DNA of 64,000 nt from Thermoanaerobaculia bacterium (lineage in GTDB: Bacteria; Acidobacteriota; Thermoanaerobaculia; Multivoradales; JAIOJS01): assembly GCA_963837455.1 (NCBI GenBank), contig CAWINM010000001.1, forward strand, positions 2,184,202 through 2,248,201. The letters run 5' to 3'. Each line of letters opens with the position of its first letter. The stretch's first letter is position 1. Shown piece after piece: positions 1-10,765 of this stretch. The notes under the pieces were generated by a model. It ran no database searches. It was not told the origin of the DNA and was given only the letters and a program-made list of their open reading frames with translations. A program made the position numbers and the translations under genes.

Positions 1-1
1 C

Positions 2-280
2 ATCTCCTTCCCCGACTTTCCCTGGGAGCGTCTGCGCAGCGAGGCGCCGGGCGTCTACGAGTCGTATGTCGACCTCGTCCCCGGGGCGTGGACGCACCTG
101 CGCATCGACGTCCACGGCCAGAGCGCCAGGCTCTACGTCGATCGCGCGCCGCAGCCGGCCCTCGTCGTCAACGACCTCAAGCGACCGGCGTCGGCCGGCG
201 CCGTCGGTCTCTGGGAGGGCGCCGAGACCGACGGCTACTTCAGTCGCCTGGTCATCCGCCCGCGGCCGCCGGGAAGGTGA
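2..280 (+). CDS. 3'-terminal fragment of a gene that starts upstream of the window; LamG/concanavalin-like or DUF1080-like beta-sandwich C-terminus (…HLRIDVHGQSARLYVDRAPQPALVVNDLKRPASAGAVGLWEGAETDGYFSRLVIRP*)
   Basis: My own translation of frame 2 gives a protein-like sequence ending at TGA 278-280. The two other frames in the ORF track are R/A-rich noise. Confidence 0.45.
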   Translation: MSFPDFPWERLRSEAPGVYESYVDLVPGAWTHLRIDVHGQSARLYVDRAPQPALVVNDLKRPASAGAVGLWEGAETDGYFSRLVIRPRPPGR

Positions 281-488
281 GAGGCCGCCCGCCGCTGCGC
301 GCCGCGGACTCCCTCGTCCTCTCGTCCACGGCGCCGCGGCGAGCTCGGCCGAGGCCCGGTCCCGCCGCCGCCACCCTCACGGTCGTGACGCCCGCGGGCG
401 CCATCGGGTCGCGGCTGGCGGAGCGTGCGCGGCGCGGTGGCGGCGGCCGCCGCGAGGTCGCGCCCGGCGTCGCCCCGCACGCTTGCAC

Positions 489-1634
489 TCACAGGGTCGC
501 CAGCCGCTCGAGCACGACGATGGTGAGGTCGTCCTGCAGCGGCTCGCGCCCCACGTGCGCGTCGAAGCCCCGGAGGACGCGGTCGTGCACCTGCTGCGCG
601 CTGCCGCCCGCCGCCAGCAAGTCGCGCACGCGCTCGAAGCCGAAGGCGTCGCCGCCGCCCTCGGAGAGCGACTCGGCGAGGCCGTCGGTGTAGAGCAGCA
701 GCGCGTCGCCGGGCGCCAGCGTGGCGGTGCCGGTGTGCAGGCGCGGCTGCTCGCCGAGGCCGAGCGGGAAGCCGCCCTCGCCGAGCTCGACGATACCGCC
801 GGCGGCTCGCCGCAGCAGGGGGAACGGATGCGCGGCGCAGACGTAGTCGAGCCGCCCGCTGGCCGGCTCGAGAAGGGCGTAGAACAGGGTCATGAAGGCG
901 CGGCGGTCGCGGGAGCGGCGTAGCACGTGTTGGAGGAGCTGCGCGGCACGCAGCGGCTCGGGGTCGACCTCGCAGGCGCTGAGCAGCGTGGCGTTGGCGC
1001 TCGCCATGAGGAGGCCCGCCGCCATGCCGTGACCGCTGGCGTCGCCGACGATGAGCGCGAGGCGTCCGTCGGCCAAGGGGACGAAGTTGTAGTAGTCGCC
1101 GCCGATCTCGTTGGCCGTGCGCCAGGAGTGCGCGAAGGCGTAGCCGGGGAGCGCCGGCGCGTGGTCGGGCATGAGGTCGCGCTGCAGCTCGCGGGCGACC
1201 TGCAGCTCGTCGCGCACCAGCACGCGGTCGACCATCTCCATCGCGAGCAGGAAGACGACACCGCCAAAGGCGAGGAGGAAGAAGCCCGGAGAGGCCTCGA
1301 CGGTGAGGCGGGCCGAGGCGCGGTCGAAGCGATAGGTGATGTTGACGAGGCCGAGGACGGCGCACACCACCGAGGCGCCGAACACCGCCCGCCGCGCCGG
1401 GGTGAGCTTGTAGGAGATGCCGAGAAAGGCGAGGCGCACGTAGAGGAGGAGACGGCGCAGCGGCCCGCGCGGAGCTCCCTCGGCGCCCTCGTGGTCGCGA
1501 GTGAGGACGCGGAACGCCGCCACCGCGTCGCGGTCGAACAAACGCCGCAGGTCGCGGCTGCTGAGGCCGGCCGTGTAGTCACGGATGAAGCCGCGCACGC
1601 GGGAAGCGGCGCGGGGACGCGGGGCGTTCGCCAT
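489..1634 (-). CDS. PP2C-family serine phosphatase (SpoIIE/RsbU-like) with N-terminal membrane segments
   Basis: 381-aa ORF with hydrophobic N-terminal helices and a C-terminal PP2C/SpoIIE region (…GGDYYNF…LIVGDASGHGMAAGLLMA…LLLYTDGLAE…). Confidence 0.85.
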   Translation of the reverse strand: MANAPRPRAASRVRGFIRDYTAGLSSRDLRRLFDRDAVAAFRVLTRDHEGAEGAPRGPLRRLLLYVRLAFLGISYKLTPARRAVFGASVVCAVLGLVNITYRFDRASARLTVEASPGFFLLAFGGVVFLLAMEMVDRVLVRDELQVARELQRDLMPDHAPALPGYAFAHSWRTANEIGGDYYNFVPLADGRLALIVGDASGHGMAAGLLMASANATLLSACEVDPEPLRAAQLLQHVLRRSRDRRAFMTLFYALLEPASGRLDYVCAAHPFPLLRRAAGGIVELGEGGFPLGLGEQPRLHTGTATLAPGDALLLYTDGLAESLSEGGGDAFGFERVRDLLAAGGSAQQVHDRVLRGFDAHVGREPLQDDLTIVVLERLATL

Positions 1635-1825
1635 GCGTGCAGTCTAGTGGCCCCGCCGTTGGGACGCGCCCCCCGCGAAGCCAGAACTGGAGGCGAGGCG
1701 CGTGTCAGGTCCGCGCCGCTCGCTGCCCGGGAGCGAATCGGGCATGGACCCGTTTCGGCGCGCTTCTCGCGTTGGGGTTCAGTGGCAGCCCGTGACGGGC
1801 ACAACGGCCGCTGGAGGGACTCGCC

Positions 1826-2902
1826 ATGAACGGGTATCGTCGCGGAGTCGCATTTGCTCGCCTCGCTCTGCTGCTCGTTGGAGGCTGGCTGTTGCTCACT
1901 GGAGTCGCGACCGCCCAGCCGTTCGGGTCGTGGCTGACGCTCTCCGGACCCACGCACGGCTACCTCCGGGTGCCCGACAGCGCCGAGCTCAACCCGACCA
2001 GCGCCCTCACCATCGAGGCGTGGGTGGCGGTCACCAACGTCAACCCCAACCCCGGCCAGTGCGACAGCATCGCCGGCAAGAACTGGACCCAGAGCTGGTG
2101 GATCGGGATCTGCGGCACCACGCTGCGCTCCTTCGTGCGCTCGGGCGGCATCAACCGCGATGCCGGCAGCCTGCCGGCCGGTAGCTGGACGCACGTCGCC
2201 GTCGTCTTCGACGGCAGCCACCGCTTGCACTACATCAACGGCGAGCTCGCCGGCTCGTGGGCGGAGTCGAGCCCGCTGACGCCCAACGGCGAGGAGGTGC
2301 GCATCGGCAGCGACGTGCAGTTTCCCCACACTCCCCAGGGCGCCATCGACGAGGTGCGGTTGTGGAACGTGGCCCGCACCCAGGCACAGATCCGCGCCAA
2401 CCTCAACAAGCGGATCAACACCCCGCAGCCGGGGCTGGTGGCGGTGTGGGCCCTCGACGGGGTCACCGACCCGGTGGGCGGCCACAACGGCACCCTCCAG
2501 GGCGGCGGCGTCGGCTTCCTCACCTTCGCCGCCGGGCCCCATTGCACGACCAACACCGCCACCTCCCTGTGCCTGAACAACCGCTTCATCGTCACCACCC
2601 AGTGGCGCACCAACCCCGTTCCCGGCTCGCCGGTCGACGGCAACGGCAAGGTGGCCGTCTCCGGCCCGGGCTCCGGGGTCTTCTGGTTCTTCGCCGCCGA
2701 CAACTGGGAGGTGATGGTCAAGGCGCTCAACGGCTGCGGTCTCGACCAGCGGTACTGGATCTTCGCGGCCGCCACCACCAACGTCTTCTACCGCCTGAAC
2801 GTCTTCGACTCGGTGGCCTTCCAGAACAAGGTCTACTTCAACTACCCCGGCCCACCGGCGCCGGCACTGACCGACACCAGCGCCTTCGCGACCTGCCCCT
2901 AG
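1826..2902 (+). CDS. secreted LamG/concanavalin A-like lectin-domain protein
   Basis: 358 aa with a signal peptide (LLLVGGWLLLTGVATAQP) and a LamG_3-like core (LTIEAWVAV…WTHVAVVFDG…HYINGEL…IDEVRLWNVARTQAQI). Confidence 0.75.
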   Translation: MNGYRRGVAFARLALLLVGGWLLLTGVATAQPFGSWLTLSGPTHGYLRVPDSAELNPTSALTIEAWVAVTNVNPNPGQCDSIAGKNWTQSWWIGICGTTLRSFVRSGGINRDAGSLPAGSWTHVAVVFDGSHRLHYINGELAGSWAESSPLTPNGEEVRIGSDVQFPHTPQGAIDEVRLWNVARTQAQIRANLNKRINTPQPGLVAVWALDGVTDPVGGHNGTLQGGGVGFLTFAAGPHCTTNTATSLCLNNRFIVTTQWRTNPVPGSPVDGNGKVAVSGPGSGVFWFFAADNWEVMVKALNGCGLDQRYWIFAAATTNVFYRLNVFDSVAFQNKVYFNYPGPPAPALTDTSAFATCP

Positions 2903-3114
2903 CCTCGAGCGCCATGAGCCGCCGAGCCAGTCCGGCGACGGGCGGTGGCGCCGACCGCTGGCGGCCGAGGTCGGCGCGGCGGCGCGGGTCGCCGCCGCGG
3001 CCACCCGCCTGCCGCCCGAAGGCGGCGGCTTGACAGCCTCGAGCGTGTCTCCTACGGTCGAGACGGCTCCATGCGTTCCGCTCTCGCCGTCTTGTCGATG
3101 GCGGTGCTCGCTTC

Positions 3115-3576
3115 GTGGCCGCAAGGAGGTGGGGGATGGGAGTCTTCGCAGATCGTTGGGAGAAGGCGTCGCAGCAGCTCGAGGCGCTCCTCGCGCCGCA
3201 GCTCGGGGCGGGCGAAGAGCTCCTCGGCGTCGTCCACGCCACCCAGCCGAAGGTCTTCTCGGCGTCGCTCTTCGCGGTCGGCGTGACGCCGACGCGGCTG
3301 CTCCTGCAGCCGATCGACCGGCGACTGGCCGCCGCCGGCCCGGCGGTCGCGATCGCCCGCGAGGCGATCTCCGAGGCCTCGGTGTGGGGCTGGGGCGGGA
3401 GCGTCGCGGACTTCCTCTCCACGTACGCCAACCAACAGCTCCGCTTCGCGGCCGACGGCAAGAAGTACCGGCTGATGGCGCTCGGCGGCAACGCCGTCGA
3501 GGATGCCCTCTCCGGTCCCTCGCAGCGGCGCGGTCTCGAGGCCCTGATCCGCTTCCTGCTCGAAGCGCGGCGCTGA
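3115..3576 (+). CDS. hypothetical protein (about 150 aa)
   Basis: ORF with balanced, protein-like composition and no recognisable motif. The start could instead be the internal Met at 3136. Confidence 0.4.
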   Translation: MAARRWGMGVFADRWEKASQQLEALLAPQLGAGEELLGVVHATQPKVFSASLFAVGVTPTRLLLQPIDRRLAAAGPAVAIAREAISEASVWGWGGSVADFLSTYANQQLRFAADGKKYRLMALGGNAVEDALSGPSQRRGLEALIRFLLEARR

Positions 3577-3766
3577 GCGCCCGCGACGAATCGTCCGGTT
3601 CTGGATCCTGTGAGTGCGCCGCCGCGGCCCGGCGAGTCCGGAGCCGCGGAGGGCCCGACCACGCGAGGTGCGAGGCCATGGGCCGGCCCCCCTGGCCGGC
3701 ACGGTGGTAACGTCGCGAGCCGGACGCCAATCCCGATCTCGTGATCTCGGACGTCATGGAGGACGT

Positions 3767-5293
3767 ATGCCCAGCCGTCTCCCGCTCGTGTCTCGGATGA
3801 TGGTCGCGGTCGCGGTCACCGCGCTCGCCGCCCTCGCCGGTGCCAGGGGATCCTTCGCCGCCGGCAACGACCTCGCCGACGTCCAGCGCGCCATCGCGGC
3901 GCGGCACGACGAGGCAGTGGAGCGATTGCAGGAGTGGATCGCGCTGCCCTCGATCGCCGCCGAGGACCGCAACTACCCCGCCGGCGCGGAGCACATGGCG
4001 CAGCTGCTGCGCGACGCCGGCTTCCAGCAGGCCGACGATCCTTGCCGACCGATGGCAAGCCGGGCGTGTTCGCCACGCTCGATGCCGGCGCGCGCGAAGA
4101 CGGTCGGCCTCTACTTCATGTACGACGTCAAGCAGTTCGACCCCGCAGAGTGGTCCTCGCCGCCGCTCGAGGCGCGGCTGGTCGACAAGCCGGGCCTCGG
4201 CAAGGCGATCGTCGGGCGCGGCGCCGTCAACCAGAAGGGACCCGAGGCGGCTTTCCTCGCGGCGCTGCACGCCATCCGCGGCGCCGGCCGCAAGATGCCG
4301 GTGAACCTCGTGCTGGTGGCCGAAGGCGAGGAGGAGATCGGCTCGCCGCACATCGGGCAGCTCGTCCACCGGCCCGAGGTGGAGGCCGCGCTGCGCAAGT
4401 GCGTCGGGCGTCTTCATGCCGTCTGCTTCCCAGGACCTCGACGGCGTCGTGACGGTGAGCCTCGGCGCCAAGGGGGTCGTCGAGCTCGAGCTGGTGTCGA
4501 GCGGCGAGACGTGGGGGCGCGGGCCCGGCGAAGGACATCCACTCCTCGCTCAAGGCGATGGTCGACAGCCCGGCGTGGCATCTGGTCAAGGCGCTCGACA
4601 CGCTGGTCTCGGCCGACGGCAACACGATCACCGATCGACGACTACCCGCAGCCGCGGCCGCTCAGCGCCGAGGAGAAGGCGATGATCGCCGAGGCGGCAC
4701 GGCGCCGCGAGCGAGGCGCAGGCCCAGAAGCAGTCTCGGCGTGCAGCACTGGATCGACGACCTGCCCTGGCTGCAGGCGAACGAGCGGCTCGAGTCGCAG
4801 CCGACGATCAACATCGAGGGGCTGGTCGGCGGCTACACCGGCCCGGGCGGCAAGACCATCCTGCCGCACCGCGCGGTGGCGAAGATCGACATGCGGCTGG
4901 TGCCCGACATGAAGCTCGACGGATGCCGTCGCCGCGCTCAAGGCCCACCTCGCGAGCGCACGGCTTCGGCGACATCGAGGTCAACGTCACCGGCGGCTAC
5001 GACCCGACGAGCACCCCGGCCTCGGCACGGCTCATCCAGGCCCAGGTCGCCGTGCTCGAAGCGCGCCGGGCATCGACCCGGTGCTGTGGCCGCGCAACGC
5101 CGGCTCCTACCCCGGCTACGTCTTCACCGACCCGCCGCTGAAGCTCGCCTCCGGCCACTTCGGCCTCGGCCACGGCAGCGGCGCCCACGCTCCCGACGAG
5201 TACTACGTGATCGAGTCGCCAACCCGAACGGTGCAGGGCTTCGACGGCGCGGTGATGTCGTTCGTCGAGTACCTGTACGAGCTAGCCAAGTAG
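3767..5293 (+). pseudogene. secreted M20-family metallopeptidase/dipeptidase disrupted by at least 6-7 frameshifts
   Basis: Contiguous M20-like segments (signal peptide, …YDVKQFDPAEW…GRGAVNQKGPEAAFLAALHAIR…VAEGEEEIGSPH…, C-terminal …FGLGHGSGAHAPDEYYVIES…) are spread over all three + frames between 3767 and 5293. The pieces correspond to ORFs 3614, 3934, 4416, 4558, 4923 and 5081. Confidence 0.7.
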
Positions 5294-5770
5294 GGGACCG
5301 CGCGGCGATCGCCTCTCGCGCTGACGCTCGAGCGGCGACGCCGCGGCAGCAGGACGCGGGCGATGCATCGGCCACCCAGGCTGGAAGGCGATGGGCGCCG
5401 GGCCGGCGACTCGGTGCTCAACGCCGTCTTCTTCACCGTCGTCTGCCTCTCCGGCACTCGCCCGATCGCAGCCGGCGCCAAGCCCCACCACCCCGCAGCC
5501 ACGCTCGACCCCGACCGGCCGGGGCGGCGGACGGTGGCGCGCGCCCACCTCGAGGACGACGGCGCGTCCTGCTCCACCGGCACTACCTGATCCAGGACGA
5601 CGGCAGCGAGCGGATGATGATCGAGCTGCGGCTCACCCGGAAAGGCGCGGCGGCGGCGAAGCCCTGAGCCCCCATTGACGCCGCCTGAATGGGGCGGGCG
5701 GCCGATGCCCGAGCGCGCAGCGTCGCAGGCTCTCGCGCTGCTTCGGGTCGCGGTGAGGCGGCGCGCCGGC

Positions 5771-6640
5771 TCAGTGTCTCGCCGGTGACGTCGCGGGCGC
5801 GGCCAGCGCGAAGCCCTGCCACTTCGCGAGCAGCTCGCCCTCCGTCTCGCCGGTGATCGCCAGCAGCTCGTCCTGGCGGGTGACGGCGAGCATCTTCCGG
5901 ATGGCGTCGCGACCGAACGTCGCGTCCAGGTAGGTGACGAGCGAGCCGGAGACGCCGTAGCGGTACTTGCCGGACCAGGCGTCGGCGAGTCGCTTGGGCG
6001 CCGCACCGAGCGCGATGGCTTCCCGTGGCTCGGCGAGGTGCCCATGGTCGAGCTGCCCCGACACGCGCACCGCCAGCCCCTCGGCGAACCAACCGACCTC
6101 CTCTGCGCCGGTGAAGTCGCGGGTGGGGTTGTGCTGCCCGTGGAAGACGTGCACGAGCTCGTGGACGATGATGTCGCGAACGTGCTGGGCGTCCTGCGCA
6201 TCGTGCTCGCACGCCTCCCGTCCCCACGCCCGTGGGGACAGCATGAGCAGGCGATCCGCGACGCCCGCGGCGACCATCCAGCACGCGGTCTCCGTCATCC
6301 CCCACTCGGCGGGGAAGGCCGCCGTGAAGTCGGCCCGTGAGGGGAACACGGAGACCTTCACGTCCTCGCGGAAGGGCATCCCGAAATAGGTCTCGATCAC
6401 GCGACGCCCGTACGCCAGGTCGGCCTCGATCTCGGGGGCGACCTCCGCGTCGGCCGGCTGGATGTCGAGATGGAATGCTGGTGCCGGTGCCGCGCCCGTC
6501 TCCATACCGTGGGCCGCCCGCCGCGCGCCGGCAGCGCAGCCGAGAGGCAGCAACGGGAGGAGCACACAAGCCGCGGCAACCCGCAGGCTCGGAGGAGGGA
6601 GTTGCTGGCGCCAGCCTGTCCAGAAGCGGTTCATGGGCAT
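5771..6640 (-). CDS. zinc metallopeptidase (HExxH) lipoprotein
   Basis: 289 aa beginning MPMNRFW…, with a lipobox-like LPLGC and the motif HELVHVFHGQH. It is the C-terminal part of the 915-aa ORF; the part of that ORF above 6640 is R/A-rich artefact. Confidence 0.75.
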   Translation of the reverse strand: MPMNRFWTGWRQQLPPPSLRVAAACVLLPLLPLGCAAGARRAAHGMETGAAPAPAFHLDIQPADAEVAPEIEADLAYGRRVIETYFGMPFREDVKVSVFPSRADFTAAFPAEWGMTETACWMVAAGVADRLLMLSPRAWGREACEHDAQDAQHVRDIIVHELVHVFHGQHNPTRDFTGAEEVGWFAEGLAVRVSGQLDHGHLAEPREAIALGAAPKRLADAWSGKYRYGVSGSLVTYLDATFGRDAIRKMLAVTRQDELLAITGETEGELLAKWQGFALAAPATSPARH

Positions 6641-7084
6641 GTCCCCCGGGATGTCGGTCTCCACCGCATTACGCGCGCCGGCCTGGGGAATTTCGGCCGG
6701 CACCAGCGATCGGCTCTGCGAGCCAGCGTCGTGTTCGGAGGGCACCAGAGACGGCCCGCCTTCGCATCGCCTCGACGATCGTCTGGCAGGCACCATGAGC
6801 GAACGCAGTCCCAGGTGCCAGATCGACCTCCAGGCCACCCGCTGCAGCACCGGCGACGGCATCGACTGCAGCCGACGAGCAGCGACCGACGTCGCATCCG
6901 ACCACCCACCGAGCCAACCAGGCAAGGGCGCGCAGGGTCGCCGCGCCGACCAGGGTGCCGCGTGGATCCGGAACAGCCCCGCCCGGCTCCCCACGAAGAC
7001 GTCGTCGTTCATGCCCGCCGGGGCTTCTCGCCGGAGGCGGAAGTGCGCCAAGATCGGGGTGGCTCGGATCGAAAGGGGTGAGAC

Positions 7085-8611
7085 ATGCGCCAGCGAGTCG
7101 CAGTGACCCTCGGTGTCCTGCTGGTCGTCGCCACGTCCGCGGACGCCTTCCTGGAGGACCTCTGCCAGCCGCGACAGAAGGGGCAGGGCGTCCTCAGCTG
7201 GTGCGTGCGGCCGCGCTGCCCGCCGCCATTCTCGGCGAACCGGGCCTGCCCGGCGCAGCTGCTCGACTTCGCCACCATCAAGCCGGGGCGCAGCATGGTC
7301 CACGCGGACTCGACTTACTTCATCGCGCAGGCACTCGGCTACCGCGCTGACGTCGCCTACTGGATCGCCGCCTACGACGAGGTCGCCGACTACGGGCAGT
7401 ACCTGCCGCTCGACCAGTGCGGGGTGCAGGCGTCGACCCAGAATTCTGGCGCCCCCTACATCAGCGCGGCGTTCAACGGCTTCGTGCGCACCAACCGCAA
7501 CACCGACGGGCCGCTGGACCACTACGTCGTCTCCTACTCGCCGAACGGGCAGGGCACGGACGTCCACGGCGCCGGCGGCGTGCAGGCGCTCTATCCGTTG
7601 CACTACCCACAGCCCGGCTATCCCGTCCACATCGACGACACGTACCAGAAGACGCTCGCCAACATGCGGCAGTGGGCGATGCTGCCGACGCGCGATCCCG
7701 GCCTGCTCTGCACCGTCGGCCTCACCTCGTCGAGCGGCAGCGAGTGCCTGAGCGGCATCGACATCACCGGCACCGTCCCGTTGATCATGCGCAGCGGCGT
7801 GGGCATCAAGCTGGACGTACCGGCGGGGATGAAGGTGCTGAACTTCGACACCGACACGGGGGCGCTCACCTACTACCCGCAGCTCGGCGCCTACCTCGAC
7901 GACCCACAGAAGACCACCGGCAAGCTGTGGAAGGAGCCGGTGCCGACTCCGGTGCCGGTGCAGGTGGCGCGCATCGGGCTCTACCTGCACGTGCTGCAGG
8001 ACACCTCGTCGCACGCGACCTACTGCGGCGACGACGCGCCCTCGCCGCCCGGCGGCAGCGACCGCGGGACCTACATGTTCAGCGGTGGCGGCGCATTGCA
8101 GGTGCGCTTTGGCGCCTCCTGCGCGTCGGGCCCGCACCTCGCCGGACACGTTCAGGAGACCGGCACCGGCGACCAGCCGCTGCCGCTGCGCGTCTACGTG
8201 GCCCTCAACAACACCGTCGACGAGCTGATCAACTTCGGTAACGAGGTGGCAAGCAAGCACCCCGGCTGGATCGTCAACCCGGAGCTGCTGCCACCGGACG
8301 TCGTGGGCGCCAGGAACGGGCAGGGCCAGAGCGCCGCCGACCTCGAGGCGGCGCTGGTCGGCACCATCGTCAGCGGCACCCCGTACAGCCGCGTCGAGGT
8401 CTACGCGTCGGGATTGGTGACGCTGCCGCTGCAGCAAGCCAACGCGCTCGACCGGCTGCACGCGATGAACGCCGCGCTCGGCAGCTACTCGCAGACGCTG
8501 CGCCAGCGGTCGGCGCATCCCGAGTCGTTCGTGCCGCTCGAGCCGATGCCGGGCAACTCCTTCGACGCGAAGGGTGCCGGCGCCTGCTGGAAATCGGCTG
8601 GCGGCGGGTGA
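7085..8611 (+). CDS. large secreted hypothetical protein (508 aa, Cys-rich N-terminus)
   Basis: Signal peptide (LGVLLVVATSADA), diverse amino-acid composition and no recognisable catalytic motif. It is antisense to a spurious 915-aa R-rich ORF. Confidence 0.6.
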   Translation: MRQRVAVTLGVLLVVATSADAFLEDLCQPRQKGQGVLSWCVRPRCPPPFSANRACPAQLLDFATIKPGRSMVHADSTYFIAQALGYRADVAYWIAAYDEVADYGQYLPLDQCGVQASTQNSGAPYISAAFNGFVRTNRNTDGPLDHYVVSYSPNGQGTDVHGAGGVQALYPLHYPQPGYPVHIDDTYQKTLANMRQWAMLPTRDPGLLCTVGLTSSSGSECLSGIDITGTVPLIMRSGVGIKLDVPAGMKVLNFDTDTGALTYYPQLGAYLDDPQKTTGKLWKEPVPTPVPVQVARIGLYLHVLQDTSSHATYCGDDAPSPPGGSDRGTYMFSGGGALQVRFGASCASGPHLAGHVQETGTGDQPLPLRVYVALNNTVDELINFGNEVASKHPGWIVNPELLPPDVVGARNGQGQSAADLEAALVGTIVSGTPYSRVEVYASGLVTLPLQQANALDRLHAMNAALGSYSQTLRQRSAHPESFVPLEPMPGNSFDAKGAGACWKSAGGG

Positions 8612-8650
8612 GGAACCGCCGCGGCAACGCTGCGCCGGCCCGCGTCTCGC

Positions 8651-9019
8651 TCAGCGGTGCGTCCGGGCCTGCTCGTCGGCCAGGGCGAGCGTGCGCTGCG
8701 CCTGCTGGCGGACGCTGGCGTCGAGATGGTGGAGGAGGCGCGACACCACCGCACGCTTGGCGGCCGCCGCGATCTCGGCGCCCACCGGGTGTGGGCAGAC
8801 TCGAGAGTGCAACAACGTCTTCTCGATGTACGAGCTGGCCCACGCGTGCAGGTTGTCGCTACGGGCCGGGTCGAGCGTCATCTGGCGCGGCGCCTCGATG
8901 AAGGCGAGCCCGAGGCCCGTGCGACCGAAGCGCACCTCCTCGTGCAGCCGCATGAGCAGGTCGCGCTGCGAGTCCTCGTCGCGCCGGCCGACCTGCTCGG
9001 CGAGCTGTCTCAATGGCAT
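8651..9019 (-). CDS. hypothetical protein (123 aa)
   Basis: ATG at 9019 (MPLRQLAEQVGRRDED…). Composition is protein-like and the family is not recognised. Confidence 0.4.
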   Translation of the reverse strand: MPLRQLAEQVGRRDEDSQRDLLMRLHEEVRFGRTGLGLAFIEAPRQMTLDPARSDNLHAWASSYIEKTLLHSRVCPHPVGAEIAAAAKRAVVSRLLHHLDASVRQQAQRTLALADEQARTHR

Positions 9020-9160
9020 CGGTGTTGCTGGAGCACCGCCCGAGGTTCCAGCTCCGACCGCAGCGCAGGGAGCGCACCATGCCGACCCCATCCCAGCCAA
9101 GCGCTTCGCACGGAGCGGCACGCAAGGCAGTCGCGGACGTGGACACCGGCGAAGACGACG

Positions 9161-9250
9161 ATGGCCTCTCCATTACGGCTCAGAGAAGCCAACACCCGCC
9201 AGCTCGTGACTCGCGCTCGACAGCACGTCGCCGATGGCCGCTGCGTGCGC
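9161..9250 (+). pseudogene. remnant of an ECF sigma factor C-terminus (…EANTRQLVTRARQHVADG…)
   Basis: Near-identical to the C-terminal segment of the ECF sigma at 18503-19225 (LEEANARQVVTRARQHVADG). Confidence 0.45.
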
Positions 9251-9398
9251 AAGAGCGGCCTTCGGTCGGCGTCACCGTTGCCGCCAGGGACACCTCGCGA
9301 GACTTGACAGAATGGCAACCGCCCTCCGCCCTCCCGCTGTGGCGCCCTGTGGGGATCAGGCTATCTTCCAGGAGGCACGTCGCCAACGCGGAAGGCGC

Positions 9399-10217
9399 TC
9401 AGGTGCGCGCGGTTGGCTCGGTCGGAGCCGCTGCAACCGGCGCGGGAAGCGGCCTCGAATCGGGGGTCCGGCCTGTGGACCGGCCGAGCCAGTCCTCGAA
9501 GCGGGTCCCTCCGAGTCGCGCGTCCTTGCCAGGAACGAGTGTGCGCTCGCTCAGGTGGGCGCCGAAGTAGCGTGCCTGTGGGTCCGCGACGACCGTGCGC
9601 GGATCGTGGCGGGCGCGGAGGGCCTGTCGGATCAGCTCGTCGAGACGGAACTGTTGCGGGCCGGCGACTTCGATCACGCCATTCAGTGGCGTGCCCACGG
9701 CGATTCTCGCGACCGCTTTCGCGACATCGTCGGCCGCCATGGGCTGGATGAGAACCGGCGCCAGGCGAACCGTCGTGCCGTCGGTGGCGGCGTCGGCGAT
9801 GCTCTTGACGAACTCGAAAAACTGCGTCGCGTGGACGATCGAGTACGGGATCCCGGACTCCTCGATCAACCTCTCCTGCGCGATCTTGGCGCGAAGGTAT
9901 CCGCTCTCGGACAGCCGCTCGGTTCCCACCACCGACAACGCCACGTGATGCCCGACCCCCGCGGCAGCTTCATGGGTGAGGAGGTTGTTCGTCGAGGTCG
10001 TGAAGAAGCTCATCACCGCGGTGTCATCGAAGGACGGTGAATTCGACACGTCGACGACGACCGAAGCGCCCCGAAGGACGTCGGCCAGCCCCTCGCCGGT
10101 AACGGTGTCGACCCCCGAGTTGGGCGACGCCGCCACAGCCTCTTGGCCCTGCTCACCGAGCTTGTTGACGAGCTTGGACCCGATCAGCCCGGTTCCACCA
10201 ATCACCACGATCTTCAT
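9399..10217 (-). CDS. NmrA-like / SDR-family NAD(P)-binding oxidoreductase
   Basis: MKIVVIGGTGLIGSKLV… Rossmann motif. About 75% identical to the paralog at 28493-29251. Confidence 0.8.
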   Translation of the reverse strand: MKIVVIGGTGLIGSKLVNKLGEQGQEAVAASPNSGVDTVTGEGLADVLRGASVVVDVSNSPSFDDTAVMSFFTTSTNNLLTHEAAAGVGHHVALSVVGTERLSESGYLRAKIAQERLIEESGIPYSIVHATQFFEFVKSIADAATDGTTVRLAPVLIQPMAADDVAKAVARIAVGTPLNGVIEVAGPQQFRLDELIRQALRARHDPRTVVADPQARYFGAHLSERTLVPGKDARLGGTRFEDWLGRSTGRTPDSRPLPAPVAAAPTEPTART

Positions 10218-10765
10218 CAGCACCTCCCGTGTCCGCAGCGGCACCGACGCCGCCCGTCGTATGGACTAGGACCGAACAGCGCATGGTGTTGTGACAGATG
10301 CGCCGCGGGGTGCCGAGCCGCCGCCGTTCCCGATTCCCGAGCTCTCGCCGGTCGCCATCGAGCGCCGACCGTACAGCCCGCCGCCCTTCACCGGCGGCGG
10401 GCCGTCGAGATGCAGCACCCCGGCCTCCGCCGCTAGTCGTCCGCCGGGCCGGCGTCCTTGATCACGAACCTCGCCCGCAGCCGGGCCACCTCGCTGGCGA
10501 GCCCCGCACGGGTGACCGACTCGAGCACCGCGGCGAGGTCCTTGTAGGCCGCCGGCGCCTCGTCACGGGGATAGCGATCAGCCGGTGGTTGACGGTGGCG
10601 AAGTTGGCTCCCAGCGCCGCCATCGACTCGACCTGCGACGCGCCGCTCGCCCTCCAGCAGCTCGTCCACTGGTGGAGGGCGCTGGGCTCAGAGCTGTTCA
10701 GCTCGGCCTCGAGGTTTGGCGCCACCGGCGCCTGGGTCGGCGGCGAGGCCGTAGCGCGGCGGCCG

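Noticed and set aside
890-4471. 1193-aa minus-strand ORF
   Set aside because: Arg/Ala/Pro-rich low-complexity translation antisense to well-supported plus-strand genes (LamG protein, M20 peptidase). It is a typical high-GC artefact.
6641-8518. Upper part of the 915-aa minus-strand ORF
   Set aside because: Only the last 289 codons (5771-6640) look like a real protein (the HExxH peptidase). The rest is R/A/G-rich and antisense to the 508-aa secreted protein.
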